NCBI GenBank assembly: GCA_023245335.1
Contig: JAHFKK010000001.1
Location: 795,505 to 859,504 of the forward strand
DNA: 64,000 nucleotides
Direction of reading: 5' to 3'
DNA from: Candidatus Gottesmanbacteria bacterium
GTDB lineage: Bacteria > Patescibacteriota > Microgenomatia > UBA10105 > UBA927
In this document: in pieces, positions 54,723 to 64,000 of the stretch
Numbering within the stretch: the first letter of the stretch is position 1
Layout: each line of letters starts with the position of its first letter
Made by a program: the position numbers and the translations under genes
Notes under the pieces: generated by a model
What the model was told of the DNA's origin: nothing
Databases searched by the model: none
Seen by the model: only the letters and a program-made list of their open reading frames with translations

Positions 54723-55571
54723 ATGAAAAGCGCAATTGAACGCACCTCCGACGGCACTATTACCCTTACCGTCACTATCCCTTGGACCGATATCAAATCC
54801 CTCTACCAGGTCGTCGTGGACGAAAACGTCGCGAATGCGGAAATTTCAGGATTTCGGAAAGGCAAGGCACCCAAAAAGATGGTAGAGGAGAATCTCGATA
54901 AAACCAAAGTATATGAAGAAACGATCAGACGGCTGGTACCAAAAGCCTATAGCGACGCTGTCAGCGAACACAAATTGACGCCGATCATGATGCCGCAGAT
55001 CGATCTAAAATCCGCAGAAGAAGGCAAAGATTGGATCATCCTGGCAAAGACCTGCGAGAAACCCAAAGTGACGCTCGGCGACTACAAAAAGGCGGTCGGT
55101 GATCTCAAATTCTCCAAAACCAAAAAAATCTTTATACCGGGAAAAGAAGAAGCGCCCAATGATGACAAGAAAGGTCCGAGTGTCGACGAAGTACTCGCAG
55201 CCCTTCTCACAGCCGTAAAAGTTGCCATCCCGGCCATCCTTATCGACCACGAAGTGACGCACCAACTATCACAGCTTGTCGATCAGACCAAAAAACTGGG
55301 CCTATCTGTCGAGCAGTATCTGGCATCCACCAATAGGACGGCCGATTCGGTTCGGACCGAGTACGCAGGAATTGCGGAAAAAAATCTCAGCCTGGAATTC
55401 GCACTCGAAGCTATTGCTGATCATGACCACATCGAGGTGAGTAATGATGAAATTGCAAAAATTCTAGAAAGCGCCAAAACTCCCGAAGAGCGCCAAAACC
55501 TCGAAAGTCAGCGCTACTACCTGACGTCTTTAGTTCGACGGCAAAAGACCATGGATGCTCTTATGGCCTAA
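54723..55571 (+). CDS. tig: trigger factor (short form)
   Basis: N-terminal ribosome-binding domain with the GFRKGKAPKKMVEE signature (GFRxGxxP) after MKSAIERTSDGTITLTVTI. About 280 aa, so lacks much of the canonical C-terminal arm. Confidence 0.65.
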   Translation: MKSAIERTSDGTITLTVTIPWTDIKSLYQVVVDENVANAEISGFRKGKAPKKMVEENLDKTKVYEETIRRLVPKAYSDAVSEHKLTPIMMPQIDLKSAEEGKDWIILAKTCEKPKVTLGDYKKAVGDLKFSKTKKIFIPGKEEAPNDDKKGPSVDEVLAALLTAVKVAIPAILIDHEVTHQLSQLVDQTKKLGLSVEQYLASTNRTADSVRTEYAGIAEKNLSLEFALEAIADHDHIEVSNDEIAKILESAKTPEERQNLESQRYYLTSLVRRQKTMDALMA

Positions 55572-55598
55572 GCGATGGTGAATTTTTTGTAAAATTGC

Positions 55599-56222
55599 GT
55601 GCCCTGTAGTATAATGCGGCCAAGTATGCAAGCGGCACAAAAGAAACCAATAGGCTCCTACAAAAACGACAATGTGCTTGAGACGTTGGGGTCCATCCCT
55701 TCCTCCATAGGCACAAATACCGCAGCTGAAGTAGGGAAAATAGGCACGGATATCGTTTCGGCGCTTTTGGGTGGAATCCCGAAATCCGGCGACCTGGAGC
55801 CAAATCAGGTCATCGAATTCGGCCAGCAAAAAGCCGAACAACAGCCGCAACCCATAAGTATGCCCCGACTGGAAGTCCAGCCCAGGCCAAATATGACCGA
55901 AATAGAGGCGCAAACCCGCCAGCAAATTGAGGCTATCCGACAGGAACTCAAAGCCCTTTCTAAATCAATTAAGGGCCTGAACCAGGAAGTGCAGGCAGCC
56001 GTTAGCCAGGAACCGGTCGATCCGGGCATATATCACATGAATTTCTATGAACAACTGCGCTCCTTCATCGCGGTACTTCGCCAACAGATCGAAGACAGCC
56101 GGAGCTGGCTCGCAACCTTTAATTCACGGAAACAGAAAAAAGGATATTGGGGCATGTATAAAAAACACGGGACCAACTTCGGACTCTCCAGCGAACGGTC
56201 TCTTGCGACCTCTGCTGGCTAA
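55599..56222 (+). CDS. hypothetical protein
   Basis: 207-aa Q-rich ORF with a predicted helical middle; no recognisable motif. The start could be one of several early Mets. Confidence 0.3.
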   Translation: MPCSIMRPSMQAAQKKPIGSYKNDNVLETLGSIPSSIGTNTAAEVGKIGTDIVSALLGGIPKSGDLEPNQVIEFGQQKAEQQPQPISMPRLEVQPRPNMTEIEAQTRQQIEAIRQELKALSKSIKGLNQEVQAAVSQEPVDPGIYHMNFYEQLRSFIAVLRQQIEDSRSWLATFNSRKQKKGYWGMYKKHGTNFGLSSERSLATSAG

Positions 56223-56294
56223 TCAATGAAGCAGTTTTCTTCTATTGTCTCCTTTGAACCGCCTATATATAATAATGTTGTTGGGGCGTCGTCA

Positions 56295-56368
56295 GGGCGC
56301 ATAGCTCAGCTGGCTAGAGCGTTGCATTCACATTGCAAAGGTCCGGGGTTCAAGTCCCTGTGCGCCCA
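56295..56368 (+). tRNA. tRNA-Val (anticodon CAC)
   Basis: Acceptor GGGCGCA/TGCGCCC plus A, D-arm AGCTCAGCTGGCTAGAGC, anticodon stem TTGCA/TGCAA, loop TTCACAT, T-arm CGGGG-TTCAAGT-CCCTG; TATATAAT upstream. Confidence 0.85.
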
Positions 56369-56421
56369 CACTATCGGCAATCTACATAATATAAATTTTT
56401 TAGGAAGGGAGGCTAGCCAGT

Positions 56422-56865
56422 ATGGCAGCTAAACTATTTGTCGGGAGTCTTTCGTGGGATACCACGGATGACAGCCTGCGTAACTTTTTTAGTGCTGCGG
56501 GTACCGTCGTTTCGGCGACCGTACTTACAGACAAATTCACGGGGAAATCCCGGGGATTTGGTTTTGTGGAAATGTCCTCTGATGAGGAAGCTCAAAAAGC
56601 AATTGCCGAGCTAAACGGTAAAACGCTGGATGGTAGAGCAATCGTCGTCAACGAGGCCAGGCCCATGGCGCCCCGTGATAACCACGGCGGCGGGGGTGGG
56701 GGACGGTCCTTTGGTGGTGGCGGTGGAGGCGGCTACCGCGGTGGTGGTGGCGGGGGTGGATTTAACCGCGGTGGCGGAGGTGGAGGCGGACACCGTGGCG
56801 GTGGACATCGCGGAGGCCGGGATTTCGGCGGCGGCGGTGACGACCGTGGCGGCAGGGATTGGTAA
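56422..56865 (+). CDS. glycine-rich RNA-binding protein (RRM domain plus RGG/Gly-rich tail)
   Basis: RNP-2 KLFVGSL and RNP-1 RGFGFVEM motifs; C-terminal GGGGG/RGG repeats; AGGGAGG RBS. Confidence 0.85.
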   Translation: MAAKLFVGSLSWDTTDDSLRNFFSAAGTVVSATVLTDKFTGKSRGFGFVEMSSDEEAQKAIAELNGKTLDGRAIVVNEARPMAPRDNHGGGGGGRSFGGGGGGGYRGGGGGGGFNRGGGGGGGHRGGGHRGGRDFGGGGDDRGGRDW

Positions 56866-56885
56866 ATCGTTATATAAACATTGCA

Positions 56886-56920
56886 AAAAGCCACCCGCGA
56901 GGGTGGCTTTTTGGTTTTGT
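56886..56920 (+). terminator. rho-independent terminator
   Basis: aaaaAGCCACCCgcgaGGGTGGCTttttggtttt: 8-bp GC stem, tetraloop, T run. Confidence 0.75.
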
Positions 56921-56993
56921 GAAGTAGCATACAGACAAAAATACAAGATGGGCGTAGGATTGCTGGGATCTGCCGAATATCGAACTTATCAAC

Positions 56994-59900
56994 ATGAAAA
57001 CCCTGAAACGGGCGCATAAAGTTGTATCAATCCTCTCGAGCATCGTCATGCTCGTACAGCCGCTTATTCCGGCTTTCCAAACGTTCACTCCGAAGGTATT
57101 TGCAGAGGCCACGACTGACCAATCCACGCCATCTCAGGAACAGACAACCGAAACCAACACGGTCATTTCTCCTCCATCAGACTCCCCTCAATCTTCACCG
57201 ACAAACACTACATCAACTACAGCCGAATCACCAACTGTAGCACCCATACCAACCGCTACAACGAGTCCGAATTCGACTCCCGACGGAGTCACACAGACTC
57301 CTACAGCCACAGTTCAACCCTCCGAAACCGGGCCTCCGTCAGATGTAAATGGAGACATCGGACCCGACGGCGCCTCTACGACGACTACCGCTAACCAAAT
57401 CGATTTGACCGAATCAACAACCTCAGCCTCTTCCGCCAAACAAGTAATCCCAGTTGAACAAGTATGCGTAACAAACGACCAGCAATTCTCCGACACCACA
57501 AATGATAGTTGGAATATTGACCTCGAAAAAGGAGCCGCGGAAACCAAGGGCAGCGTACAACTCGGCGTGAAGTACCAGTTCCCGCAGGAAAACAAGGTAA
57601 CCGTCACCTTTAACTGTCTGCCGAAGGACGAAAGTCTTCGGACTTCACTTAAAATCCAAAAAGTAAAGTTGAGTGATCTGAAGGTTCCTGATGACGTTAA
57701 ACCCTCTGGTGAGTTTGCTTATGACATAACTACTGGCATGAAGGACGGAGATTTCAAATACGACGTCACACTACCCAAGCCAGATAATCAGGCTGTCGAG
57801 GTGGCATACATGGAGGACCCAAACGCATCGGTACAAACGGTTTCAAGTGACAGAACAAGCCAAGAAGGAGATAAGGTTAAAGGTGCCGACTTGAATCACT
57901 TTACCATATTTTTCGTCAGCACCACCATGTCGGTATATGCCAGCTTTACCGGCGCTAGCCAAGTGACTGTGTACCCTTCCGCTCCGATAACTGCTAATCT
58001 TCAGGTAACCACTTCTTCTGTGGGAAACAATACTGCTGACGATTGGAGCTCCTCTCAATACCTTATCGAGGGTGGATCATGGTCAACCTGTGATAGCTCC
58101 CCTAGTTTTACAACCGATGGAACATATTCTGGCACTTTGAATATAACGGCTCCATCTATAACTGGTACGTACGACCTAAGCCTTAGAGTCTTTAACAGTA
58201 ATAACTGTACCGGTGGAGCGGGCACATTCGCAGAAACGACACTTCCCGACGCCATCACAGTCACGGCAAACACCTCTATACCGTTTACTGAGGAGTTCGG
58301 TTTATCCAACGCATCAACAGTAGCGAATTGGTACGAAAATGACCCGGCAGAAATTTTTAGCGGTACCGGAAATGACGCGCCCACAAACGGTGAGTTTGCC
58401 CGACTTGGCGAGGGTGGATGGATTTGCCGTCCGTTTAATGCGACAGGAATCGCCAACCTAACCCTAAGCTACGACTGGAAGGGAAACGGGAATAATGGAA
58501 ATGACCATGGCATAGTAGAATATAAATCCGGGGGAAACTGTGGAGATTCAAACGGATGGACCAATGTAGATACAAACGAATTATCGGATACCACCTGGGG
58601 CACACAAACTCATACATTTGCGGGTAACAGCATCGTCCTCCTCCGGTTTAAAACAAGCGGAGCTGAAACGGGAGAGTACTTCCGGGTAGACAACATTACA
58701 CTGACGGAATTTACCCAACCAGATCTTACCGTCCAAAAATCCCATACGCCGACCGGTAATGCAATGAAAACCCAGGCGTTTACCTGGAAAATCCATGTAG
58801 CAAACGGTGGTACGGGGGCTGCAGCTTTTACCACAGGCCAAAATGTTTTAATTGATAATTTGCCTTCCAGCGGCGCGACCTATGGAGCGCCATCAGTTTC
58901 TAACCAAACCGGCATAACAGGAACGATCGGCTGTGCCATTGCGTCAAACAACCTCACCTGTAGCGCTTCCGGCGCAGTCAGTATCGCAGCGGGGGGGTCA
59001 TTTGATGTCACTTGGAGCACTACACCTACCGCAACCGGCTCTCTCATAAATCCTCGGAGTGGTTCTGGGAATAAATGCGCGGTAGATCCGGATTCTCACA
59101 TCACGGAGTCCGACGAAAACCACAATAGCTGTTCTGAAACTGTCACGGTCGACGCCTATAATGCTCAGAATCCGGCACTCGGCCAGGCCTGCGGACTCGA
59201 CGTAAGCTTAGTTATAGATAATTCAAACAGTATTAGCGGCACTGAATTGGGACAGATACAAACGGCGCTCACTCATTTTGTCAACACATTAGCAGGGACG
59301 CCTACACAATTTTCGGTTACTAAATTTGGTACGAACGCATCGGTCCCCCAAGGTTTCACCAGCGACACCACTGCCGTAAATAACGCCATCAACGGAGTTA
59401 CGACTGGAGGAGGGGGTACTGATTGGCAGAAGGCATTTATAGCCGCACGGGGAACTTTTGACCCGAGACCAGACAAGCCCAACCTCATGATTTTTGCGAC
59501 CGACGGTAACCCTACCTTTCCAAACTGCGGAGGGGCATCCTCCTGCCAAGCTGACGTTGACGCGGCTGTAACAGAGGCAAACACCACAAAAGAGTATCCG
59601 ATCAGGGTATTAGCTTTAGGCGTAGGTGCCGACGTAAATGTCGCGAATCTAAAAGCAATATCCGGACCAACCCAAGGATCCAGCATGACTTCGGATGTTG
59701 TACTTGTATCCGATTTCGCATCTCTTGACAGTCAGTTCGCAGCGTTTGCCAGCGAATCCTGCGGCGGTCACATCAGTTTCAACAAATACGTAGACGGCGT
59801 ACAAAAGAGTGATGGTAAAACATGGACATTCAATGTTGACGGGACGACAACCCTGACAACCGACACAAACGGACAGGCCGTGACGGGCACGTTGAGTGTC

Positions 59901-62900
59901 GCGAACCACAGCGTGACGGAGCCACAAACCAGTATTCCAAGCGGCTACTCATACGATCACGCTTCCTGTACGAAAGACGGCAGCCCGATAGGAACGGTCG
60001 ATAATACGAATCATGCCGTAAACAATATACCGATAACATCGTCAGGAGTTTTCGTCTGTAATTTTTACAATACCAAAAATCCGGTCAAAGGAACGCTCAC
60101 AGTCAAAAAGGTGGTCGTGAATGACAACCTCGGAATCGAAAATGCGAACGACTTCACGTTCTCCGTGAATGGCGGCGCGCCTATCACGTTTACCCAAAGC
60201 ACCGACAGCTTGCATGCCGAAAATGTTTTGAGTCTTGATGCCGGTACGTACACCGCTACGGAGGCGGCCTTCCCCGGTTATGCCACCACCTATGACAACT
60301 GTTCCGGTATTGTCCTCGCGGCCGGGGGTAGTGCGACGTGCACCATAACCAATAACGACATCTCTCCTGCGCCCGGAACAATTATTGTGAAAAAAGTGCT
60401 GGTCGGGCCAACGTCATGGGCGACCGGCTTCGACTTCAGCGGCGCAATCACAGGGAAAATTACCACTAATAACGGAACGCTATCTTCAACAAGCGTCGCC
60501 GTCGGTGCCCACACGGTGACGGAAGGCTCGACGGATGGCTGGGATCTTACTGGTATCGCATGCGACGATGGAGCGAGTACCCAACCGAGTTCGGGTAATG
60601 TGAGTACAAAAACGGCAACGTTTAACGTCGATCCGGGAGAAACGGTGACCTGCACATACACCAATGCGAAACGGCCGAAGATCAAAATCACCAAAACCGT
60701 GGTAGGAGGGACTGCTGCGCCGTCGGATTTCCAAATATCGCTCCTCAATCCCTCGGGGCAGAACGTACAATCCAGCCCGATCTTCGGCTCGACTGCCGGA
60801 ACATCATTTGAATTAGGCCTTCCACAATATACTTTCCCCGGAGTATTTACCGTTCGGGAGGCTTCGACGTCCGGCTACACCACGACGTTTAGCGGCGCCT
60901 GCACACAAACGAACGCGACCGATGCAACGGTGACCCTGAACTATGGAGACAACGGCACATGCACAGTCACGAATACGAGACAGGCCGGCACTATCAAAAT
61001 TATAAAAGACGTGGTTCCGGACGATGACCATCAAAGCGTATGGAATTTCGCGATTACCGGTCCCACGAACAACAATGTCGACGGATTACACGATGATGGC
61101 CAATCGAGCGCAATAGTATCAAACGCAGGAGATTATACGATTCGAGAAATAGCTCAGGCAGGTTCAGACCTGGACAATTATCGTGTCTCATACGCCTGTA
61201 CCGGATCCTCAACGCCCATAAGCGGCAACGGCAGCTCAGCGGGCTTTACGCTTTCGGCCAACCAAAACATCGTCTGCACGTTTACGAATGCAAAACTGCC
61301 CACCCTCAAACTCACAAAGACGGTGGAGAATAAAGGAGTGGGCACGGCGACACCCGCGAATTGGACGCTGGGGGCGTATGCAATCGGTGATCCCATATCG
61401 TTTACCGGAATTGGCCCGACCGTAGGTCCCTATCGGGTAAATCCCGGAGTTGAATACATTGTTTCCGAGGCCCCGGGAGGACCGTCCGGATACAGTCCAT
61501 CCGCTTGGACATGCTCGGGTGGAACCACCAGGATATCAGGCGGAAATATTCTCGTCACACTCGCGATGGGTCAAGACGTTACCTGCGGCATCACCAACAC
61601 CCGCGATACCGGTTCAATCCTCGTTCATAAAGTGGTGGATGCCAATGGCGACAGCACGTTTGAGACAGCCGACGCCGTCGCCAATACCCTGGGATTCCAA
61701 TGGGGACTTGATGGCGTGACTCCCGCCCGCGATATGGGCTCGACAGCCAGCGGGGTCACAACCGGTACCCATAATGTATCGGAAAATTCGGTAACGAATT
61801 ATCATCTGGTCGGCTGGTACAGAAACGGTGGGGAAGGCAGTTGTTCCAATCCGGACAGCCGCCAACTTCCGGCATCCGTTGATGCCTTCAAGGACACCAC
61901 AACCACGATAACGCTTTGCAACGCCGTGAACACGGGAAGCATTATCGTCCACAAAGATGTCCAAGGCCCCGACGGTGAAGACATCACGGACACAGCACAC
62001 ACATTTACAATGCAGGTTGACGACTCCAATAGTCAGGATCTCACGGATGGGGGCAGCGTCACGTATACCAACCTGCCGGCCGGCAATCACACGATCACAG
62101 AATCAGTTGTTGACTCACACTATGATCTTTATGGCATAAGCACATCCGTAGGCGGATCTGGAAATACGGGCGGGCTTTCGGTGAATGTCGCTACCAACCA
62201 ACAAACAAACGTCTACGTCACCAACAGACAGCACTATGGTTCGATCACCGTCCATAAAGAAGTCGATGCCTCGGGAAGCGGCACATTTGTCTCAGCAGAT
62301 CCGGGAGATTTCACTTGGACCGTAGACGGCGCGGGAACCAACGCCATGGGCTCCACCCTCACAACCGTGACACCCGGAACCCGGCTTATCTCAGAAAATA
62401 ATGTAGACAATTATCATTTCGTCGGATGGTATCCGACCGGAGACGAGAGACTGAGCTGCACAAACATACCGGAAGCGACGCAGTATGCCGAGCTGCCGAT
62501 TCATGTGAGTGTAGGTCCGGACGGCACCTCTGACTTCACGATCTGTAACACGAGGGACACAGGAAACGTAACGGTCACCAAATTTGATGATACAAACGGC
62601 AACGGCACCAAGGATGAAGGCGAACCGGTATTGAGCGACTGGACCATCAACTTGTCAGGATCGGACTCACAAACGACGGACGAAAACGGACAGGTGCTGT
62701 TTAACCCAGTCCTCACGGGTACGCACATATTGAGCGAAGACCTCAAACAAGGCTGGAAGCAAACAGGTATCTATTGCACAAACGAACAAACCATTGAAAC
62801 GGGTCCAATAGAAAATACCCTAACCCAGTTCATTTCTTCAAAAGTATATGCACAAGAGGACGCGGGACACCAGGTACACGTAGGGGCAGGTGAAAACGTC

Positions 62901-63563
62901 AGTTGTTTCATCGGCAATCTTCAACAGGACCCGATCCTGACGATTACCAAAAGTAACAACGCCACAGGGGATCTGTCACCGGGCGGCACTGTGACGTTTA
63001 CGATCACCGTGACCGCAACGCAAAGTGCGGCCTACAACGTGCAGGTCATAGACCTTCCGTCCAAAGGATTCAACTATCACGTCGGTTCACAAACTGCAGT
63101 ATCGACTGTCGCAGGGCATGATTTGAGCGGCGCATTGACGCATGCGTACGCGTCACCCGGTATTTGGAACCTTGGAACTATGAGCGCCGGCGAGACCGTC
63201 ACGCTCACATACCAAACCGATATAGACTCCGGGCTAAACCCCGGTCTCTATAAAGATTTGGCCCTGGCCTACGGGTGCAAATCAGATGCGTCGTGTGCTA
63301 CCGGAGATTCTATGAGCGTCTTTGCGACAGCCATAAATCCAGGATTTGTAAGCACCAATCATGTCGGCACTCAGATAAGTATCGTAAAAGACCAGCAAAA
63401 CGGTGCAACGTTGAACCCGACGACCGGTGAGGTATTGGGAGCTTCCACAGAACTGCCGGCAACGGGTGCAAGTGAGATTTGGCTGGCCATTGCAGGTTTG
63501 TTGTTCGTAGCCGGTCTCGGATTCATGGCTGCAGGGCATTTCACACGGAGGAACTATGTTTAA
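56994..63563 (+). CDS. giant LPXTG-anchored surface adhesin with VWA domain and multiple Cna-B/SdrD-B-like repeats
   Basis: Signal peptide; Thr/Pro/Ser-rich linker; VWA domain with MIDAS DVSLVIDNSNSIS...FATDGNPT (about nt 59190-59760); at least 9 tandem prealbumin-like modules (G[ST]I.V.K.V..........F.F), including a DxNGNGxxDxGE SdrD-B/Cna-B calcium motif (DTNGNGTKDEGE). C-terminal sorting signal LPATG, hydrophobic helix, then RRNYV. Confidence 0.8.
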   Translation: MKTLKRAHKVVSILSSIVMLVQPLIPAFQTFTPKVFAEATTDQSTPSQEQTTETNTVISPPSDSPQSSPTNTTSTTAESPTVAPIPTATTSPNSTPDGVTQTPTATVQPSETGPPSDVNGDIGPDGASTTTTANQIDLTESTTSASSAKQVIPVEQVCVTNDQQFSDTTNDSWNIDLEKGAAETKGSVQLGVKYQFPQENKVTVTFNCLPKDESLRTSLKIQKVKLSDLKVPDDVKPSGEFAYDITTGMKDGDFKYDVTLPKPDNQAVEVAYMEDPNASVQTVSSDRTSQEGDKVKGADLNHFTIFFVSTTMSVYASFTGASQVTVYPSAPITANLQVTTSSVGNNTADDWSSSQYLIEGGSWSTCDSSPSFTTDGTYSGTLNITAPSITGTYDLSLRVFNSNNCTGGAGTFAETTLPDAITVTANTSIPFTEEFGLSNASTVANWYENDPAEIFSGTGNDAPTNGEFARLGEGGWICRPFNATGIANLTLSYDWKGNGNNGNDHGIVEYKSGGNCGDSNGWTNVDTNELSDTTWGTQTHTFAGNSIVLLRFKTSGAETGEYFRVDNITLTEFTQPDLTVQKSHTPTGNAMKTQAFTWKIHVANGGTGAAAFTTGQNVLIDNLPSSGATYGAPSVSNQTGITGTIGCAIASNNLTCSASGAVSIAAGGSFDVTWSTTPTATGSLINPRSGSGNKCAVDPDSHITESDENHNSCSETVTVDAYNAQNPALGQACGLDVSLVIDNSNSISGTELGQIQTALTHFVNTLAGTPTQFSVTKFGTNASVPQGFTSDTTAVNNAINGVTTGGGGTDWQKAFIAARGTFDPRPDKPNLMIFATDGNPTFPNCGGASSCQADVDAAVTEANTTKEYPIRVLALGVGADVNVANLKAISGPTQGSSMTSDVVLVSDFASLDSQFAAFASESCGGHISFNKYVDGVQKSDGKTWTFNVDGTTTLTTDTNGQAVTGTLSVANHSVTEPQTSIPSGYSYDHASCTKDGSPIGTVDNTNHAVNNIPITSSGVFVCNFYNTKNPVKGTLTVKKVVVNDNLGIENANDFTFSVNGGAPITFTQSTDSLHAENVLSLDAGTYTATEAAFPGYATTYDNCSGIVLAAGGSATCTITNNDISPAPGTIIVKKVLVGPTSWATGFDFSGAITGKITTNNGTLSSTSVAVGAHTVTEGSTDGWDLTGIACDDGASTQPSSGNVSTKTATFNVDPGETVTCTYTNAKRPKIKITKTVVGGTAAPSDFQISLLNPSGQNVQSSPIFGSTAGTSFELGLPQYTFPGVFTVREASTSGYTTTFSGACTQTNATDATVTLNYGDNGTCTVTNTRQAGTIKIIKDVVPDDDHQSVWNFAITGPTNNNVDGLHDDGQSSAIVSNAGDYTIREIAQAGSDLDNYRVSYACTGSSTPISGNGSSAGFTLSANQNIVCTFTNAKLPTLKLTKTVENKGVGTATPANWTLGAYAIGDPISFTGIGPTVGPYRVNPGVEYIVSEAPGGPSGYSPSAWTCSGGTTRISGGNILVTLAMGQDVTCGITNTRDTGSILVHKVVDANGDSTFETADAVANTLGFQWGLDGVTPARDMGSTASGVTTGTHNVSENSVTNYHLVGWYRNGGEGSCSNPDSRQLPASVDAFKDTTTTITLCNAVNTGSIIVHKDVQGPDGEDITDTAHTFTMQVDDSNSQDLTDGGSVTYTNLPAGNHTITESVVDSHYDLYGISTSVGGSGNTGGLSVNVATNQQTNVYVTNRQHYGSITVHKEVDASGSGTFVSADPGDFTWTVDGAGTNAMGSTLTTVTPGTRLISENNVDNYHFVGWYPTGDERLSCTNIPEATQYAELPIHVSVGPDGTSDFTICNTRDTGNVTVTKFDDTNGNGTKDEGEPVLSDWTINLSGSDSQTTDENGQVLFNPVLTGTHILSEDLKQGWKQTGIYCTNEQTIETGPIENTLTQFISSKVYAQEDAGHQVHVGAGENVSCFIGNLQQDPILTITKSNNATGDLSPGGTVTFTITVTATQSAAYNVQVIDLPSKGFNYHVGSQTAVSTVAGHDLSGALTHAYASPGIWNLGTMSAGETVTLTYQTDIDSGLNPGLYKDLALAYGCKSDASCATGDSMSVFATAINPGFVSTNHVGTQISIVKDQQNGATLNPTTGEVLGASTELPATGASEIWLAIAGLLFVAGLGFMAAGHFTRRNYV

Positions 63564-64000
63564 CAAAATAAGGAAATTGACGATCATAACGCTCGGTGCA
63601 TTGCTCGCAGGTAGCATGCTCGCCGCGCACGTGTATGCTGCGAATCTCAGCGTACGTGTCGAACAACCCAAAAGCCCAACCAACCAGACGAGTTTTGATA
63701 TCAACTTTGTAGTCCTGGACATTCTTGGACGTACTGTCACCGTCAAATGCTTCAAACAAGGGCCGTCTGACGGAAGTTATGTCCAGTTTGGAAGTGATCA
63801 GTCCTTCGCAAACGGCGGCAATAGCGGCAGCTGCAACACAGGAAGCGGTGTCTTTAGCCCGGAGGGCAACTATAGCTTTCGGATCGATGCATCAGCGGGC
63901 GGAGACGGTGCATCCGATACGACCAGCGTCACGTATGATAACAGCGGCCCAGGAGATGTGCGCGATTACAATAAAAATCACTCTGGGAGCTGCCAATATA
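63556..64000 (+). CDS. secreted protein (partial, continues beyond the window); possible partner or pilin of the adhesin
   Basis: ATG overlaps the adhesin stop (atgtttaa). Signal peptide MFNKIRKLTIITLGALLAGSMLAAHVYA; reading frame stays open to the window end. Confidence 0.5.
   Translation, partial: MFNKIRKLTIITLGALLAGSMLAAHVYAANLSVRVEQPKSPTNQTSFDINFVVLDILGRTVTVKCFKQGPSDGSYVQFGSDQSFANGGNSGSCNTGSGVFSPEGNYSFRIDASAGGDGASDTTSVTYDNSGPGDVRDYNKNHSGSCQY

Noticed and set aside
1-64000. CRISPR arrays, rRNA genes, transposases/integrases
   Set aside because: I found no regularly spaced short direct repeats typical of CRISPR, no rRNA-like sequence, and no ORF with transposase (DDE) or tyrosine-integrase (R..H..R..Y) signatures. 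The only mobile-element-like traces are the tRNA-Glu 3' duplicates and the tRNA-leader repeats described above.

Overview
The window looks like a compact, gene-dense bacterial chromosome segment (about 50% GC, mostly short intergenic gaps, weak or absent Shine-Dalgarno sequences). Its gene content suggests a reduced-genome, Candidate-Phyla-Radiation/Saccharibacteria-like organism, but that is inference only. Four blocks stand out. (1) A DNA-damage-response cluster: dinB, rarA, lexA, uvrB, uvrA, uvrC, ogt and a holA-like gene. (2) A sugar-phosphate and lower-glycolysis/gluconeogenesis cluster that includes several archaeal-type enzymes: bifunctional PGI/PMI, PEP synthase, enolase, iPGM, bifunctional FBP aldolase/phosphatase and ADP-forming acetyl-CoA synthetase. 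(3) A tRNA-rich half from 36.6 to 56.4 kb, with 15 of the window's 16 tRNA genes interleaved with small genes. (4) At the 3' end, a 2189-aa signal-peptide and LPATG-sorted surface protein with a VWA domain and many Cna-B/SdrD-B-like repeats, followed by a second secreted protein; this looks like a sortase-dependent adhesin or pilus-like locus. The most unusual signal I see is a roughly 100-nt two-hairpin element that starts at a TATAAT box and abuts the 5' end of three different tRNA genes (His, Lys, Pro). It has an identical 45-nt core and compensatory changes in the first hairpin, which fits a structured precursor leader or small RNA family. Also notable are a putative SAM-I riboswitch plus terminator upstream of metK, and an approximately 1.2-kb low-coding region (2.1 to 3.3 kb). 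That region holds a strong promoter, tRNA-Glu, partial duplicates of the tRNA-Glu 3' end (attachment-site-like), and a cluster of direct GCGGATA repeats resembling DnaA boxes. All protein calls rest on recognising motifs in the supplied translations; no database searches were run.
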